From positions 1-49,963 of the forward strand of contig DATHWI010000117.1 in the NCBI GenBank assembly GCA_035460805.1: DNA of 49,963 nucleotides. Reading direction: 5' to 3'. The stretch is from Verrucomicrobiia bacterium. GTDB taxonomy: Bacteria; Patescibacteriota; UBA1384; CAILIB01. Shown piece by piece: positions 33,951 through 43,112 of the stretch; position 1 is the stretch's first letter; each line of letters starts with the position of its first letter. The translations under genes were made by a program, and so were the position numbers. The notes beneath the pieces were generated by a model. That model saw only the letters and a program-made list of their open reading frames with translations. It had not been told where the DNA came from and did no database searches.

Positions 33951-34682
33951 TTACTCAGGACGGATGATTGCGAGCGGGGTTTGTTCGTTGGTTTGACCGA
34001 GGGGGTTATCGGCAAAAAGTGCCTTAACCAGGTCTACGGAAGCTCCCCTGGGAGCGCTTCCCAATACTTCTACGCCAAGGTCATTGGCATCGATGACAAA
34101 GAATGGGACACCGAGCGCGGCAGATACTTCTGCGGCAACCTTGGCTGGCTTGGCAGGAGCCAAAGTGACAGCGCGGTTATAGGGCGGCAAGGTAAAATCG
34201 CACGGCCCATCAATGCCGGCAACGGCACGGCCAGCGACGTGGTAGAAAAGGCCGCGCATACCAAGTGGCTTGGTAATGGCTGCTACGAGTGCGGCGATAA
34301 GGATGCGGGGGAGGCCAACTTCTTCCAGTGCTTTTTGCATGGTGAAGGGGCTGGCCAGTCCAATGCCGTGAGGGCTCTTGGTCACAAATTTATAGAGGAA
34401 ACGGGCCCAAGGGCCAGGTTTAATATCCTCAAGAGGAAAAGATCGCCCCTGCATAATAGCAATAACCCGCTCGCTCATGGCAACCATATCGCCAGCTTGC
34501 AGGTTTGGCTTTACGTACTGGGAGAGGAAATCCAGCAAGACTTCGCCACGCTGTACCACATGGGTCTTAACGGGGATCCTTTGGTAGGATTTTCCCTCAA
34601 CGGTGACAGCAAGCTCTTTACCGGAATTTGGCATTGCATTCATAGCTATGATTATAGCAGGCCTTTCCATGTACGTGCCCAT
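33951..34682 (-). CDS. CofE-like (F420-0:gamma-glutamyl ligase family) protein
   Basis: GDMVAMSERVIAIMQGR and the overall pattern of the CofE/FbiB N-terminal family. Start is ATG 34682 or 34670. Its stop lies 1 nt before the dnaX start. Confidence 0.75.
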   Translation of the reverse strand: MGTYMERPAIIIAMNAMPNSGKELAVTVEGKSYQRIPVKTHVVQRGEVLLDFLSQYVKPNLQAGDMVAMSERVIAIMQGRSFPLEDIKPGPWARFLYKFVTKSPHGIGLASPFTMQKALEEVGLPRILIAALVAAITKPLGMRGLFYHVAGRAVAGIDGPCDFTLPPYNRAVTLAPAKPAKVAAEVSAALGVPFFVIDANDLGVEVLGSAPRGASVDLVKALFADNPLGQTNEQTPLAIIRPE

Positions 34683-34727
34683 TTGTCCATAAGACGGCAA
34701 AGCTTTAGTTGCGATGCGTTTCACCTG

Positions 34728-34733
34728 TATAAT
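34728..34733 (+). promoter_or_regulatory. Candidate -10 box for the pilB operon
   Basis: Perfect TATAAT with TG immediately upstream, 30 nt before GTG 34763. The -35 is weak. GGAGAGG at 34751-34757 could serve as SD. Confidence 0.35.
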
Positions 34734-34762
34734 GACAACATGTACAGACAGGAGAGGGCAGA

Positions 34763-36721
34763 GTGAACAGTACTGATCTTTCTCGCGCCTTAGCAAGTGC
34801 GGCCGAGCTGGTGGAAAAAGACGCCACCCTTCTTAATGACGCCCTTTGGGAGTGCATTGCCCGCGAACTTTCGGTGGGAGAGGAAGTGGTTATCGACGGG
34901 CTTGGGCGCTTTTTCACCGTGAAAGAACCCGCCCGCAACGTGGATGGCAAGATAACCTTGCCAAGCATTGAGGTGGAGTTTGAGCCAGCACGCGTGTTGG
35001 CAAAGCATGTAGAAACTGAGATAGAGGCGCATCCGGATTTGTTTGCGGAAGAAATGCCAGATGTACCAGATGAGGATAAGGCTGCCCCTGTGGCCGTTGC
35101 CCAGTCTGCCCCGCCACCTGCACCCAAGCCAGCTTCAGCAGAAGAAGAGTCGCCAAAAGAGAAGCCGTTAGGCAGGGTTTCCCATGTCGAGTTCCTGGAT
35201 ACAAGCAATGTGAAGGTTGACAGGGAAATCCTGGCCCTTCTTCCTGAGCATATTGCCAAGCAGTACAACGTAGTCCCTCTTGACTTGAAAGAGGGGATCC
35301 TGACGGTAGCCATGATTAACCCAGAGGACTTTGATGCCCTCCAGGTCATCCGCAAGGAGTCGGGGCTTGTGGTCAAACCTGCCCTTTCTACTAAGGAGGG
35401 CATTAACGCCATTTTGGACCAGTACACCGGGCTTCAAGCTGAGGTGCAGGAGGTAATTGAGAACTCCGACCTGGGCATTTCCAAGAAGGACTTGGCTGCC
35501 GCCCAAGAAGAGGACATTGACCAGACAAACGACGATGCGCCAACTGCCCATATCGTATATTCGCTCCTGAAGCGTGCTGTGAAAGAAAAAGCTTCGGATA
35601 TCCACATTGAGCCTTACGAAAAGAGGGTGGCAGTCCGTTTCCGTGAGGACGGCGTACTAATGGAGAAGGTGACACTGCCTAAGGAAATCCAGTCTGCAGT
35701 CACCGCGCGTTTGAAGATCCTGGCTAACCTGAAGATTGATGAGCAGCGCTTGCCACAGGACGGCCGTTTCTCCTTGACGATTGAAAAGCGCCAGGTAGAT
35801 TTCCGTTTCTCAACCATCCCGGTGGTGTACGGCGAAAAGATCGTAATGCGTATCTTAGACAAGTCGGTGGGTATCTTGGAGCTTGAGCAGGTAGGCCTGA
35901 CTGGGTACGGCTTTGACATCCTCTCCAAGAACTTGCGCCGCAGCCACGGCATGATCTTGGTCACCGGGCCTACGGGTTCTGGTAAAACCACCTCGCTGTA
36001 TGCTGTCTTGGGTAAGATGATGGCGCCGGACGTAAACATCCTGACGCTGGAAGACCCGGTGGAATACCGTATTGAGAGTATTAACCAGAGCCAGGTCCAT
36101 AGTGCCATTGGCTATACCTTTGCTTCTGGTTTGCGTGCCATTGTCCGCCAAGACCCGGACATTGTGATGCTTGGTGAAATCCGCGACCAAGAAACCGCAG
36201 ACATGGCCATCCACGCTGCGCTTACGGGACATATTGTACTTTCTACACTTCACACCAATGATGCAGCCGGTGCGTTTCCCCGCCTGATTGACATGGGCAT
36301 TGAGCCGTTCCTCATCACTAGTTCCGTGCATACCGTTATCGCGCAGCGCCTTACCCGGAAGATCTGTGAAGACTGCAAAGAGGAGCTTCACTTGTCCAAA
36401 GAGGAGATGGCGGAAATTGACGAGGAAATTGCCCGCATGCCTAAGGATGTCCGCGAGGCAATCAAGGACAAGCGCACCCTCTACCATGGCAAGGGCTGTG
36501 ATTCATGCGGCGGCAAGGGCTACAAGGGCCGCCTCGGTGTATTTGAGGTTTTGGATGTTACCGAACCGGTGCGTGACCTTGTGTTGAAGCGCTCCAGCGG
36601 ACTTACCATAACCGAGGAAGCAATCAGCAACGGCATGGTTACCATGGTGCAGGACGGCATCCTGAAGGCGCTTAACGGCGATACTACTATCTCAGAAGTC
36701 TGGCGGGTCACACGAGAATAA
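34763..36721 (+). CDS. pilB: Type IV pilus assembly ATPase PilB (GspE family) with N-terminal HU-fold domain
   Basis: T2SSE_N-type domain (ILALLPEHIAKQYNVVPLDLKEGILTVAM). GPTGSGKTTS, DPDIVMLGEIRD, GHIVLSTLHTNDA, tetracysteine CEDC...CDSCGG. The first ~88 aa are HU-like (see findings). Confidence 0.9.
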   Translation: MNSTDLSRALASAAELVEKDATLLNDALWECIARELSVGEEVVIDGLGRFFTVKEPARNVDGKITLPSIEVEFEPARVLAKHVETEIEAHPDLFAEEMPDVPDEDKAAPVAVAQSAPPPAPKPASAEEESPKEKPLGRVSHVEFLDTSNVKVDREILALLPEHIAKQYNVVPLDLKEGILTVAMINPEDFDALQVIRKESGLVVKPALSTKEGINAILDQYTGLQAEVQEVIENSDLGISKKDLAAAQEEDIDQTNDDAPTAHIVYSLLKRAVKEKASDIHIEPYEKRVAVRFREDGVLMEKVTLPKEIQSAVTARLKILANLKIDEQRLPQDGRFSLTIEKRQVDFRFSTIPVVYGEKIVMRILDKSVGILELEQVGLTGYGFDILSKNLRRSHGMILVTGPTGSGKTTSLYAVLGKMMAPDVNILTLEDPVEYRIESINQSQVHSAIGYTFASGLRAIVRQDPDIVMLGEIRDQETADMAIHAALTGHIVLSTLHTNDAAGAFPRLIDMGIEPFLITSSVHTVIAQRLTRKICEDCKEELHLSKEEMAEIDEEIARMPKDVREAIKDKRTLYHGKGCDSCGGKGYKGRLGVFEVLDVTEPVRDLVLKRSSGLTITEEAISNGMVTMVQDGILKALNGDTTISEVWRVTRE

Positions 36722-36722
36722 T

Positions 36723-37928
36723 ATGGCTACCTACCAGTACAAGCTCCGCACGCCGGAGGGAAAACTTGAGAAGGGGACACTGCAAGGCGGTTCGCAATCC
36801 GACGCCCTGCTTAAGGTTAAAAAGCTGGATGGCATCCTTATCTCTCTAGAAGAGGTAAAGGAATCCACCTCGTTTGCCGCGGGGTTTTTCCGAGGAAAAA
36901 TCAGCCTCAAGGACCGCATTATCCTGACAGAGCAGCTGGCAGTCATGTTGAACGCCGGCATTACCCTGGTACAAGCGCTACGGAGCCTGGAAGAAGAGTC
37001 TTCCAACAAGGCCTTGAAGCATGTCCTCTCGCACTTGGTGACGGATGTCCAAGGCGGGGTGCAGTTCTCCTACGCCTTAGAGAAGCACCCTAAAGTCTTT
37101 TCCAACATCTTTATTCAGATGGTCCGCTCTGCGGAGAAGACGGGCAACCTGGCAGAAATCCTGAACAAACTGACAGTGCAGCAGCAGAAAGAGTACGAGC
37201 TGCGGGGGAAGGTCCGCGGTGCGCTTATGTACCCAGCAATTGTCAGCATCCTCATGATTGGTGTCATTGTGCTGGTTATTACGTTCATCCTGCCAAAGCT
37301 TACCGGCATGTTTGTGGATTCCGGGCAGGATCTTCCCGCTAGCACCCGCTTCCTGATGGCTCTCTCCAGTCTCATGACCCATCAGTGGTACCTGTTCATC
37401 ATTGCAATAGGTGGCCTGACGGTGGGCGCAAAGCTCTTGGTGCGCAACCCGCGTGGCCGTTTGCTGTGGGACACCTTTAAACTTCGTATACCGGTATTGG
37501 GCTCATTCATGAAAAAATCATGTATGGCCAGGTTTTCCCAAAGCTTTGGATCGCTTGCCCAAGCTGGGGTGCCGGTATTAGAGGTGTTTCAGACTGTGAA
37601 AGGGGTGGTTGGCAACTCGCTCTACGAGCAGGAAATTGAAAAAATTTCCAAAGATGTTGCCAACGGTATCAAGGTTTCGGTGGCCATCAGGAAGAGCAAG
37701 CACTTCCCCGCTATGATTGGCCAGCTTGTGGCGGTGGGTGAGCAGTCCGGGGACCTGGCTGGCATTTTCAAAGTGCTAGGCGATTTCTTCGAGAAAGAGG
37801 TGGATGGAATGGCGAAAAACCTCTCAACATTGCTTGAGCCGGTTATTATGATTGTGATGGGTGTGGTGATTGGTTTCATCCTGGTTTCTGTACTCCAACC
37901 TATCTACGGGTTGGTGAATGCCGTTTAA
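36723..37928 (+). CDS. pilC: Type IV pilus platform protein PilC (T2SS F family)
   Basis: Two T2SSF repeats, three TM segments, 401 aa. Starts 1 nt after the pilB stop. Confidence 0.9.
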   Translation: MATYQYKLRTPEGKLEKGTLQGGSQSDALLKVKKLDGILISLEEVKESTSFAAGFFRGKISLKDRIILTEQLAVMLNAGITLVQALRSLEEESSNKALKHVLSHLVTDVQGGVQFSYALEKHPKVFSNIFIQMVRSAEKTGNLAEILNKLTVQQQKEYELRGKVRGALMYPAIVSILMIGVIVLVITFILPKLTGMFVDSGQDLPASTRFLMALSSLMTHQWYLFIIAIGGLTVGAKLLVRNPRGRLLWDTFKLRIPVLGSFMKKSCMARFSQSFGSLAQAGVPVLEVFQTVKGVVGNSLYEQEIEKISKDVANGIKVSVAIRKSKHFPAMIGQLVAVGEQSGDLAGIFKVLGDFFEKEVDGMAKNLSTLLEPVIMIVMGVVIGFILVSVLQPIYGLVNAV

Positions 37929-37951
37929 GACCGTATACTGAAAGGGAAGTT

Positions 37952-38926
37952 ATGGGGCTCTTTGGATCCAACCAAGTTGTGGGCATTGATCTGGGCTATG
38001 CGAGTATTCGCGTGGTTGGACTTTCGCTTGGGAAAAAGCCCTCGGTGAGCGGTTGTGCGGAGATACCAGTGGATGCCAAGCTTCTTCAAAAAGATGCGCT
38101 TGAGCAGCCAGCTGAGGTGGCGAAGGCATTGAAAGAGGCTTTGAAATCGGCAACGCCGCACGCGGTGAAGACGAAAGAGGCCTATGTGACGGTTGGTGAG
38201 TCTTCCGTGTTTCGGAAGATCCTAGAAATTCCGCGGAATGTGAAGGATTCTGAATTGGATGCAGTGGTTCGTTCGGCGATTGTAGAGTTTCTTCCTGATG
38301 ACTTGGATAACTTGGAGCTTGATTACCAGCCTTTGGCTACTCCACAGGATACTGAGCATCAGCAGATGATGGTTGTGGCGGTGAGTAAGAAGTCCATAGA
38401 GCAGTATTTGAACCTTTGTGAGTTGGCTGGACTTACTGTGCGGGCAATTGAGCCGAGACCATCGGCTCTTTTGCGTTCAGCAATTGGCCCAAAGCTCAGG
38501 GAGCCAATTGTGGTGATTGATGTTGGTTCGGAGATCAGTACCTTGGCATTGTGTGCGGACCAGTCCGTATGGGTTGCCAGTGCGGTGACAGCGGGAAGTA
38601 ATATGCTTGTGGATTCCGCAACTGGCCAGGTTGATGAGGACAAGCGTGCAGAGAAGACGAAGCGGTTGGTGGGTATGTTGACTGATGAACTTGACCACGT
38701 GGTCAAGTTCTATACCAACCGCGCAAGCTTCTCTGCCGCTGCCGTTAAAGAGGTGCGCCTTTGTGGTAAGGGGTCGTTGATTGAGGGCTTGGATGCTGCC
38801 CTGGCTGCGGCCTGTGATATCAAAGTCACGTATGCCAAGCCAATTGTGGAGCTTCCATCAGGCTTTGACAGAAGGTATATGGGTGCACTGGGTTCCGCGC
38901 TCTATCCAATGTACGAACTGCTATGA
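37952..38926 (+). CDS. pilM: Type IV pilus assembly protein PilM (actin-like ATPase fold)
   Basis: VVGIDLGYASIRVV N-terminal phosphate-1 motif, ~324 aa, positioned directly before pilN. Confidence 0.85.
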   Translation: MGLFGSNQVVGIDLGYASIRVVGLSLGKKPSVSGCAEIPVDAKLLQKDALEQPAEVAKALKEALKSATPHAVKTKEAYVTVGESSVFRKILEIPRNVKDSELDAVVRSAIVEFLPDDLDNLELDYQPLATPQDTEHQQMMVVAVSKKSIEQYLNLCELAGLTVRAIEPRPSALLRSAIGPKLREPIVVIDVGSEISTLALCADQSVWVASAVTAGSNMLVDSATGQVDEDKRAEKTKRLVGMLTDELDHVVKFYTNRASFSAAAVKEVRLCGKGSLIEGLDAALAAACDIKVTYAKPIVELPSGFDRRYMGALGSALYPMYELL

Positions 38927-39495
38927 AACAGTTGAACTTACTTCCCCAAGCAGTACGGCATAAGGCGGCCAACCGGCAGTCTGTACCGTACATGGTGCTG
39001 GCTGGCCTCGTTGGGTTGGCCCTTGGGCTTACCGTTTGGTTTGGGTTCAGCATGGAAGCCCGCTCCCTGGATAAGGAGAAGGAGATGCTCATTGCGGATG
39101 CCACGGCAGCCCAGCAGAAGGCCGCCAAGGAAGTAGCAGACCTTAAGGTCTCAGGAGACCTTAAGACCCGGGTGAACCACCTCAATACATTGGCTCAGGC
39201 CGATGTGGATTGGGATCGTTCCTTCGAGTATGTTGCTTCACTGGTGCCTAAGGACATCGTGCTCTCTTCCTACAGCTTTGGGGTGAGCCAGGGGAATGTA
39301 ACCTTGAAAATGACAGGTGAAGCCCCTTCCAACGTGAGTTACGCAACTTTTGCTGAATACCTTAAACAGAATACGGGTAAGACAGTTACCAGCTTTAAGG
39401 TCGACGGCTATGTGTATGCGCCTCAGACTGGCAAAGTCACATTTACCGTTACAGTGGTTGCCCCGCCCACAGCCGTTAAGTACCCCAAGTCATGA
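38923..39495 (+). CDS. pilN: PilN-like pilus alignment protein
   Basis: N-terminal LNLLPQ motif (the conserved INLLP of PilN), one TM helix, ATGA overlap with pilM. Confidence 0.7.
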   Translation: MKQLNLLPQAVRHKAANRQSVPYMVLAGLVGLALGLTVWFGFSMEARSLDKEKEMLIADATAAQQKAAKEVADLKVSGDLKTRVNHLNTLAQADVDWDRSFEYVASLVPKDIVLSSYSFGVSQGNVTLKMTGEAPSNVSYATFAEYLKQNTGKTVTSFKVDGYVYAPQTGKVTFTVTVVAPPTAVKYPKS

Positions 39496-40097
39496 GGTCA
39501 ATGACGCTTTCCAGTAAGATGCTGCTCTGCTTTGTCCTGCCCTTGGCCGTGGGCTATCACTTCCTGGCGCTTCCCCAGATGAAGAAGACTGCGGAAGCCA
39601 GGGCAAGCGTTAAGGAGCTCCGCCAATCAACAGCGGCCGTTTCAAGTGCCAAGCAGCGTGAGGAATACAGGGCCAAAGCTGTGCAGGTCCAGGAAAAGGC
39701 CCTAGGTCTTATGCCTGTCTCGGATGACCAGTACGACCTTTCCGTGCAGGTAGAGGCCCTGGCCAAGGCTAATAACCTTACTATTGGGGGGCTTACTATC
39801 AACGCTGCTGCGGCCACTGTGCTTCCCAAGACTACACCTCCAAAGGATGATGTCCCCACTACAACCACGGCTGCGGCAACCCCGGTTGCGACGGCTGCGC
39901 CATCGAGTAGCGGACCGCTTAAGGTACAGGTTACGGCCAGTGTCGTAGGTGGTTATGCCGATACTAAGAAGTTTGTGACCGGCCTTACTACGCTGGAACG
40001 GTTTGTCCAGGTTGACCAAGTTTCAATCACAGCAGCTGCAGATGGTAGGCTGACCACGTCCATTGTGGCCAGCGCATACTATCTTCCTGCCCAGTAG
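39492..40097 (+). CDS. pilO: PilO-like pilus alignment protein
   Basis: N-terminal TM, coiled-coil segment, C-terminal ferredoxin-like part (VTASVVGGYADTKKFVTGL). 4-nt overlap with pilN. The call is mainly positional. Confidence 0.55.
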   Translation: MRSMTLSSKMLLCFVLPLAVGYHFLALPQMKKTAEARASVKELRQSTAAVSSAKQREEYRAKAVQVQEKALGLMPVSDDQYDLSVQVEALAKANNLTIGGLTINAAAATVLPKTTPPKDDVPTTTTAAATPVATAAPSSSGPLKVQVTASVVGGYADTKKFVTGLTTLERFVQVDQVSITAAADGRLTTSIVASAYYLPAQ

Positions 40098-40106
40098 GTG
40101 ACACAT

Positions 40107-40418
40107 ATGCCTAAACAAACCCCCACTACCCCTGAATCGCAAGCCAAAGCTGCTCCGGTCCCTACCCGTAAGGACAAGAAGCAGTTCAGCGTGTCGCCAG
40201 CCTTGCTCACCCTGCTCTGTGTGGCGGGTGTGGTTGGTTACCTTGCCTTTGCCAGCTGGCAGGCCCTCACGGCCACTCCAGCAGCCGGTGGAGCGCCACT
40301 CGTAGCCGCTACGCCCCCCGTTCCCCAGCTCAAGCTGAATGGGGACAACAAGCGGTCTGTGCCAGATATATCCGTGGACGAAAAGGCCATTGGCAAGGAC
40401 AACCCCTTCGTGAAATAG
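40107..40418 (+). CDS. Small Pro/Ala-rich single-TM protein, last gene of the pilus operon
   Basis: LLTLLCVAGVVGYLAFASW TM segment. GTG 40098 is an alternative start. Followed by a strong terminator. Confidence 0.5.
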   Translation: MPKQTPTTPESQAKAAPVPTRKDKKQFSVSPALLTLLCVAGVVGYLAFASWQALTATPAAGGAPLVAATPPVPQLKLNGDNKRSVPDISVDEKAIGKDNPFVK

Positions 40419-40432
40419 GTACAAAAAAACTC

Positions 40433-40462
40433 CCCGGTAGGGGAGTTTTTTTGTGGGGCACT
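40433..40462. terminator. Bidirectional terminator between the pilus operon and the response-regulator gene
   Basis: AAAAAACTCCCC (40434-40445) pairs with GGGGAGTTTTTT (40450-40461), loop GGTA (40446-49). A and T runs lie on both sides. Confidence 0.8.
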
Positions 40463-40871
40463 AGGCGTTAACTTCGCCTTCTGGGGCAACTTCCCGGTTG
40501 AGGCGGGTTTTGACCTGTTCAATAATCTCTGCCGGCAAGACTTCTGACTTTACGATGTAGGCATCGGCTGGGTTCATCATCTTGTTGATCTTCTCAATTT
40601 CCTGAACCAGTGCGGTCACGATGATGACAGGGATGTTCTTGGTCTCAGGGTTTTCCTTGAGGGCCTTAAGCACGTCGAGGCCGTTCATCTTAGGCATCAT
40701 GATGTCCAAGATAATGAGTGACGGGTTGTACTCAGTCACCATCTTAAGGGCATCTTCACCGTTATTGGCGTGAACTACCGTAAAGCCTTCCTGCTTGAGG
40801 CGGTCGGTGTACAGCTCGGCCAGGATAACGTCATCTTCGGCAAGCAGGATAGTGGTACCTTCGTAGGCCAT
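40461..40871 (-). CDS. Stand-alone CheY-like response regulator (receiver only)
   Basis: ILLAEDDVIL, LIILDIMMPKMNG, IIVTAL and AYIVKS (DD / D / T / K set). 136 aa with no output domain. Confidence 0.9.
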   Translation of the reverse strand: MAYEGTTILLAEDDVILAELYTDRLKQEGFTVVHANNGEDALKMVTEYNPSLIILDIMMPKMNGLDVLKALKENPETKNIPVIIVTALVQEIEKINKMMNPADAYIVKSEVLPAEIIEQVKTRLNREVAPEGEVNA

Positions 40872-40937
40872 GGTATGCAGTTAATATACGTTTTTAGTCT
40901 AGCACAGGATAAGCGGTTGGATGTATTTTCCCGCTAC

Positions 40938-43112
40938 CTAAACCATGGTTGAGGTTTCAACCTTAAAGAGGGGAAGGATAAACGAGAAGGTGCTGCCTTT
41001 GCCCACTTCGCTCTTTACCGTAATGGCACCGCCCATCTTCTCGATGATTGACTTGGTGATGTACAAACCTAGCCCTGTCCCTACTATGCCTGTGGTCTCA
41101 GGTGTATCTACCCGGTAGAACTGGGTAAAGAGGTGCTGCATGTTGGCCTTGGACATACCAATACCGGTATCGGAGATGGCAGTAGTCATGTAGCCGGCCT
41201 TTTTATCGATACTGAGGGTAATGGTAAGGCCGCCTTGTTTGGTGTATTTGATAGAGTTGCTTACCAGGTTGACGAGTACCTGCATGGTGCGGTCTGGGTC
41301 GGCCCAGACAGGTGGGCACTCGGAAGGCGGGTTGTAGGAAATAGTCAGGTTCTTGTCAGCCGCCATAAAGCGGAGCTGGTCGATGGTGTCGTTGACCATT
41401 TTGTTCATGTCCAGCTGCTGCGGGTCAATCTTCATCTTCCCAGATTCAATGCGGGAAACGGACAGCAGGTCTTTGATGAGGAGGGAGAGGCGCCGGGCCG
41501 AAGTGTACACCTTGGTGAGGTAGTCGCGGGCCTTGTCATCTACCTGCCCGATGTTTTCATCCAGGATCATGGAGAGATAGCCTTCAATGGCAGAGATTGG
41601 CGTGAGTAGCTCGTGTGAGGCAATGGAGACGAACTCGCTCTTCATCTGGTCACCCTCGTACAGCTTGGCCTTTTGGATGGAAGAAATGGCTTGGCCTCCT
41701 ACTACCTCCAAAAGGGAGAGGTCTTCATGGGAATAGCTTTCACCATTCAGCTTTTCTGAAAGCATAATGAGACCAATGGCTTGCCCGTTTAGGTGAAGGG
41801 GAACGGCTACGGCAGTGTCCAGCGAGGTGAGCTTTTGGTAGACGGCCTGCTTAATGGCGTGGGCGCGGACTGCTTGGCCATCGCCATTCTTTTTAGAGAG
41901 CGCTTCCTCGCGTTCCAGTTCCAGTTGCATGTCGCGCACCAAGGCGGTGGCGGGGTGTTCTGCAAAATATGACACGGTGAAATCGCGGTCTTCCAAGAAG
42001 AGTTTGGCCGAAGAGCTGTATCCCACCTGCTTCACGCGCTTTACCGCAAAGCCGTTGTTCTCGGCAGGCTGGAAGACGTACGTAACCGCATGCTTGAGGT
42101 GCAGGACCTTCACAATGGTCTGCATCACAATCTCCAAGGCTTCATCTAACGCAATGACATCGTTGAGCTTTTTGGACAGGTCCCTAATAACCACTTGTTG
42201 CTCGTACTCCTTCTTGAAGAGCCACTTGTCAGTGCGCTCCGAAATGAAGTTGCGCATAGGTTCAAAGGAGAACCCAACGGCAATGGCGGCGGCCAGGTTG
42301 ATGGCATAGCCTCGAATGGAGGTTGCTTCTTCCTGGAAGAGGCGGGAGAGCAGGACGATGACGGCGGTGTAAACAACAAAGCTGAAGGCAACGAGCGCCG
42401 TAAAGATAACGGTGCGCTTGATGACCAGCCGGATATCAAAGAGATGGTGCGCCACAATGGCATATGCCGTGATAAACACGAACAAGAGGGAGAGGTACGG
42501 GGCTACCGGCAAGAGGGAGGTGATGCCCAGTAGGTTTACAAAGACAAAGTTGGTGATGAACGCCACTACATAACTAAGCCCTACTGCGCCCATAAGGTAC
42601 TGGAGCTGGGTACGTCGCGCACCATGGGCGGCCTTGGCGCGACGGATGATGATATAGACCGAGGCAATGAGGAAGCCAAGGTTGGCTAACCCATAGACGG
42701 GGATGAGTGTCCCCGGTGTGACCTCCACATTGGTCCCCGTGCCTACAATGCTGGAGAACACGTACGGGGTTTGGGTGAGGGCAATCACCGCCGCTGTCCC
42801 CAGTCCCAAAAGGACCAAGGAGAAAGGCTTGATAGTAAGCTGGTTCCCAGGGAAGGTGCTCACCGTCAGGAGTACGCAGAAGGAATAGAGGATGCCGGCA
42901 CCCAGCTCCCAGCGGGCAAAGTGAAGCGTATCAAGGGAGGTTGCCTGGGTAAGGGAGAGGTAGTTGGCAATGGTCCAAAAAGCAGCAGCGCTCGTTAGGA
43001 GGAAGAATGTCCAGTTCGTGGCGCTCTTAGGCTTAAAAAGCAATACGAAAAAGCCTGTGAAGAGATTGGCAGCGACTGCCGCAATGACCAGTAATAAGTT
43101 GAGCCCCACCAT
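40938..43112 (-). CDS. Sensor histidine kinase: N-terminal 7TM-type membrane domain, GAF, HisKA, HATPase_c
   Basis: About 7 TM helices, then a GAF-like block (LDEALEIVMQTIVKVL...GLIMLSEK). H-box FVSIASHELLTPI. N/G boxes LVSNSIKYT, DTGIGM, GTGLGLYITK. Confidence 0.9.
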   Translation of the reverse strand: MVGLNLLLVIAAVAANLFTGFFVLLFKPKSATNWTFFLLTSAAAFWTIANYLSLTQATSLDTLHFARWELGAGILYSFCVLLTVSTFPGNQLTIKPFSLVLLGLGTAAVIALTQTPYVFSSIVGTGTNVEVTPGTLIPVYGLANLGFLIASVYIIIRRAKAAHGARRTQLQYLMGAVGLSYVVAFITNFVFVNLLGITSLLPVAPYLSLLFVFITAYAIVAHHLFDIRLVIKRTVIFTALVAFSFVVYTAVIVLLSRLFQEEATSIRGYAINLAAAIAVGFSFEPMRNFISERTDKWLFKKEYEQQVVIRDLSKKLNDVIALDEALEIVMQTIVKVLHLKHAVTYVFQPAENNGFAVKRVKQVGYSSSAKLFLEDRDFTVSYFAEHPATALVRDMQLELEREEALSKKNGDGQAVRAHAIKQAVYQKLTSLDTAVAVPLHLNGQAIGLIMLSEKLNGESYSHEDLSLLEVVGGQAISSIQKAKLYEGDQMKSEFVSIASHELLTPISAIEGYLSMILDENIGQVDDKARDYLTKVYTSARRLSLLIKDLLSVSRIESGKMKIDPQQLDMNKMVNDTIDQLRFMAADKNLTISYNPPSECPPVWADPDRTMQVLVNLVSNSIKYTKQGGLTITLSIDKKAGYMTTAISDTGIGMSKANMQHLFTQFYRVDTPETTGIVGTGLGLYITKSIIEKMGGAITVKSEVGKGSTFSFILPLFKVETSTMV

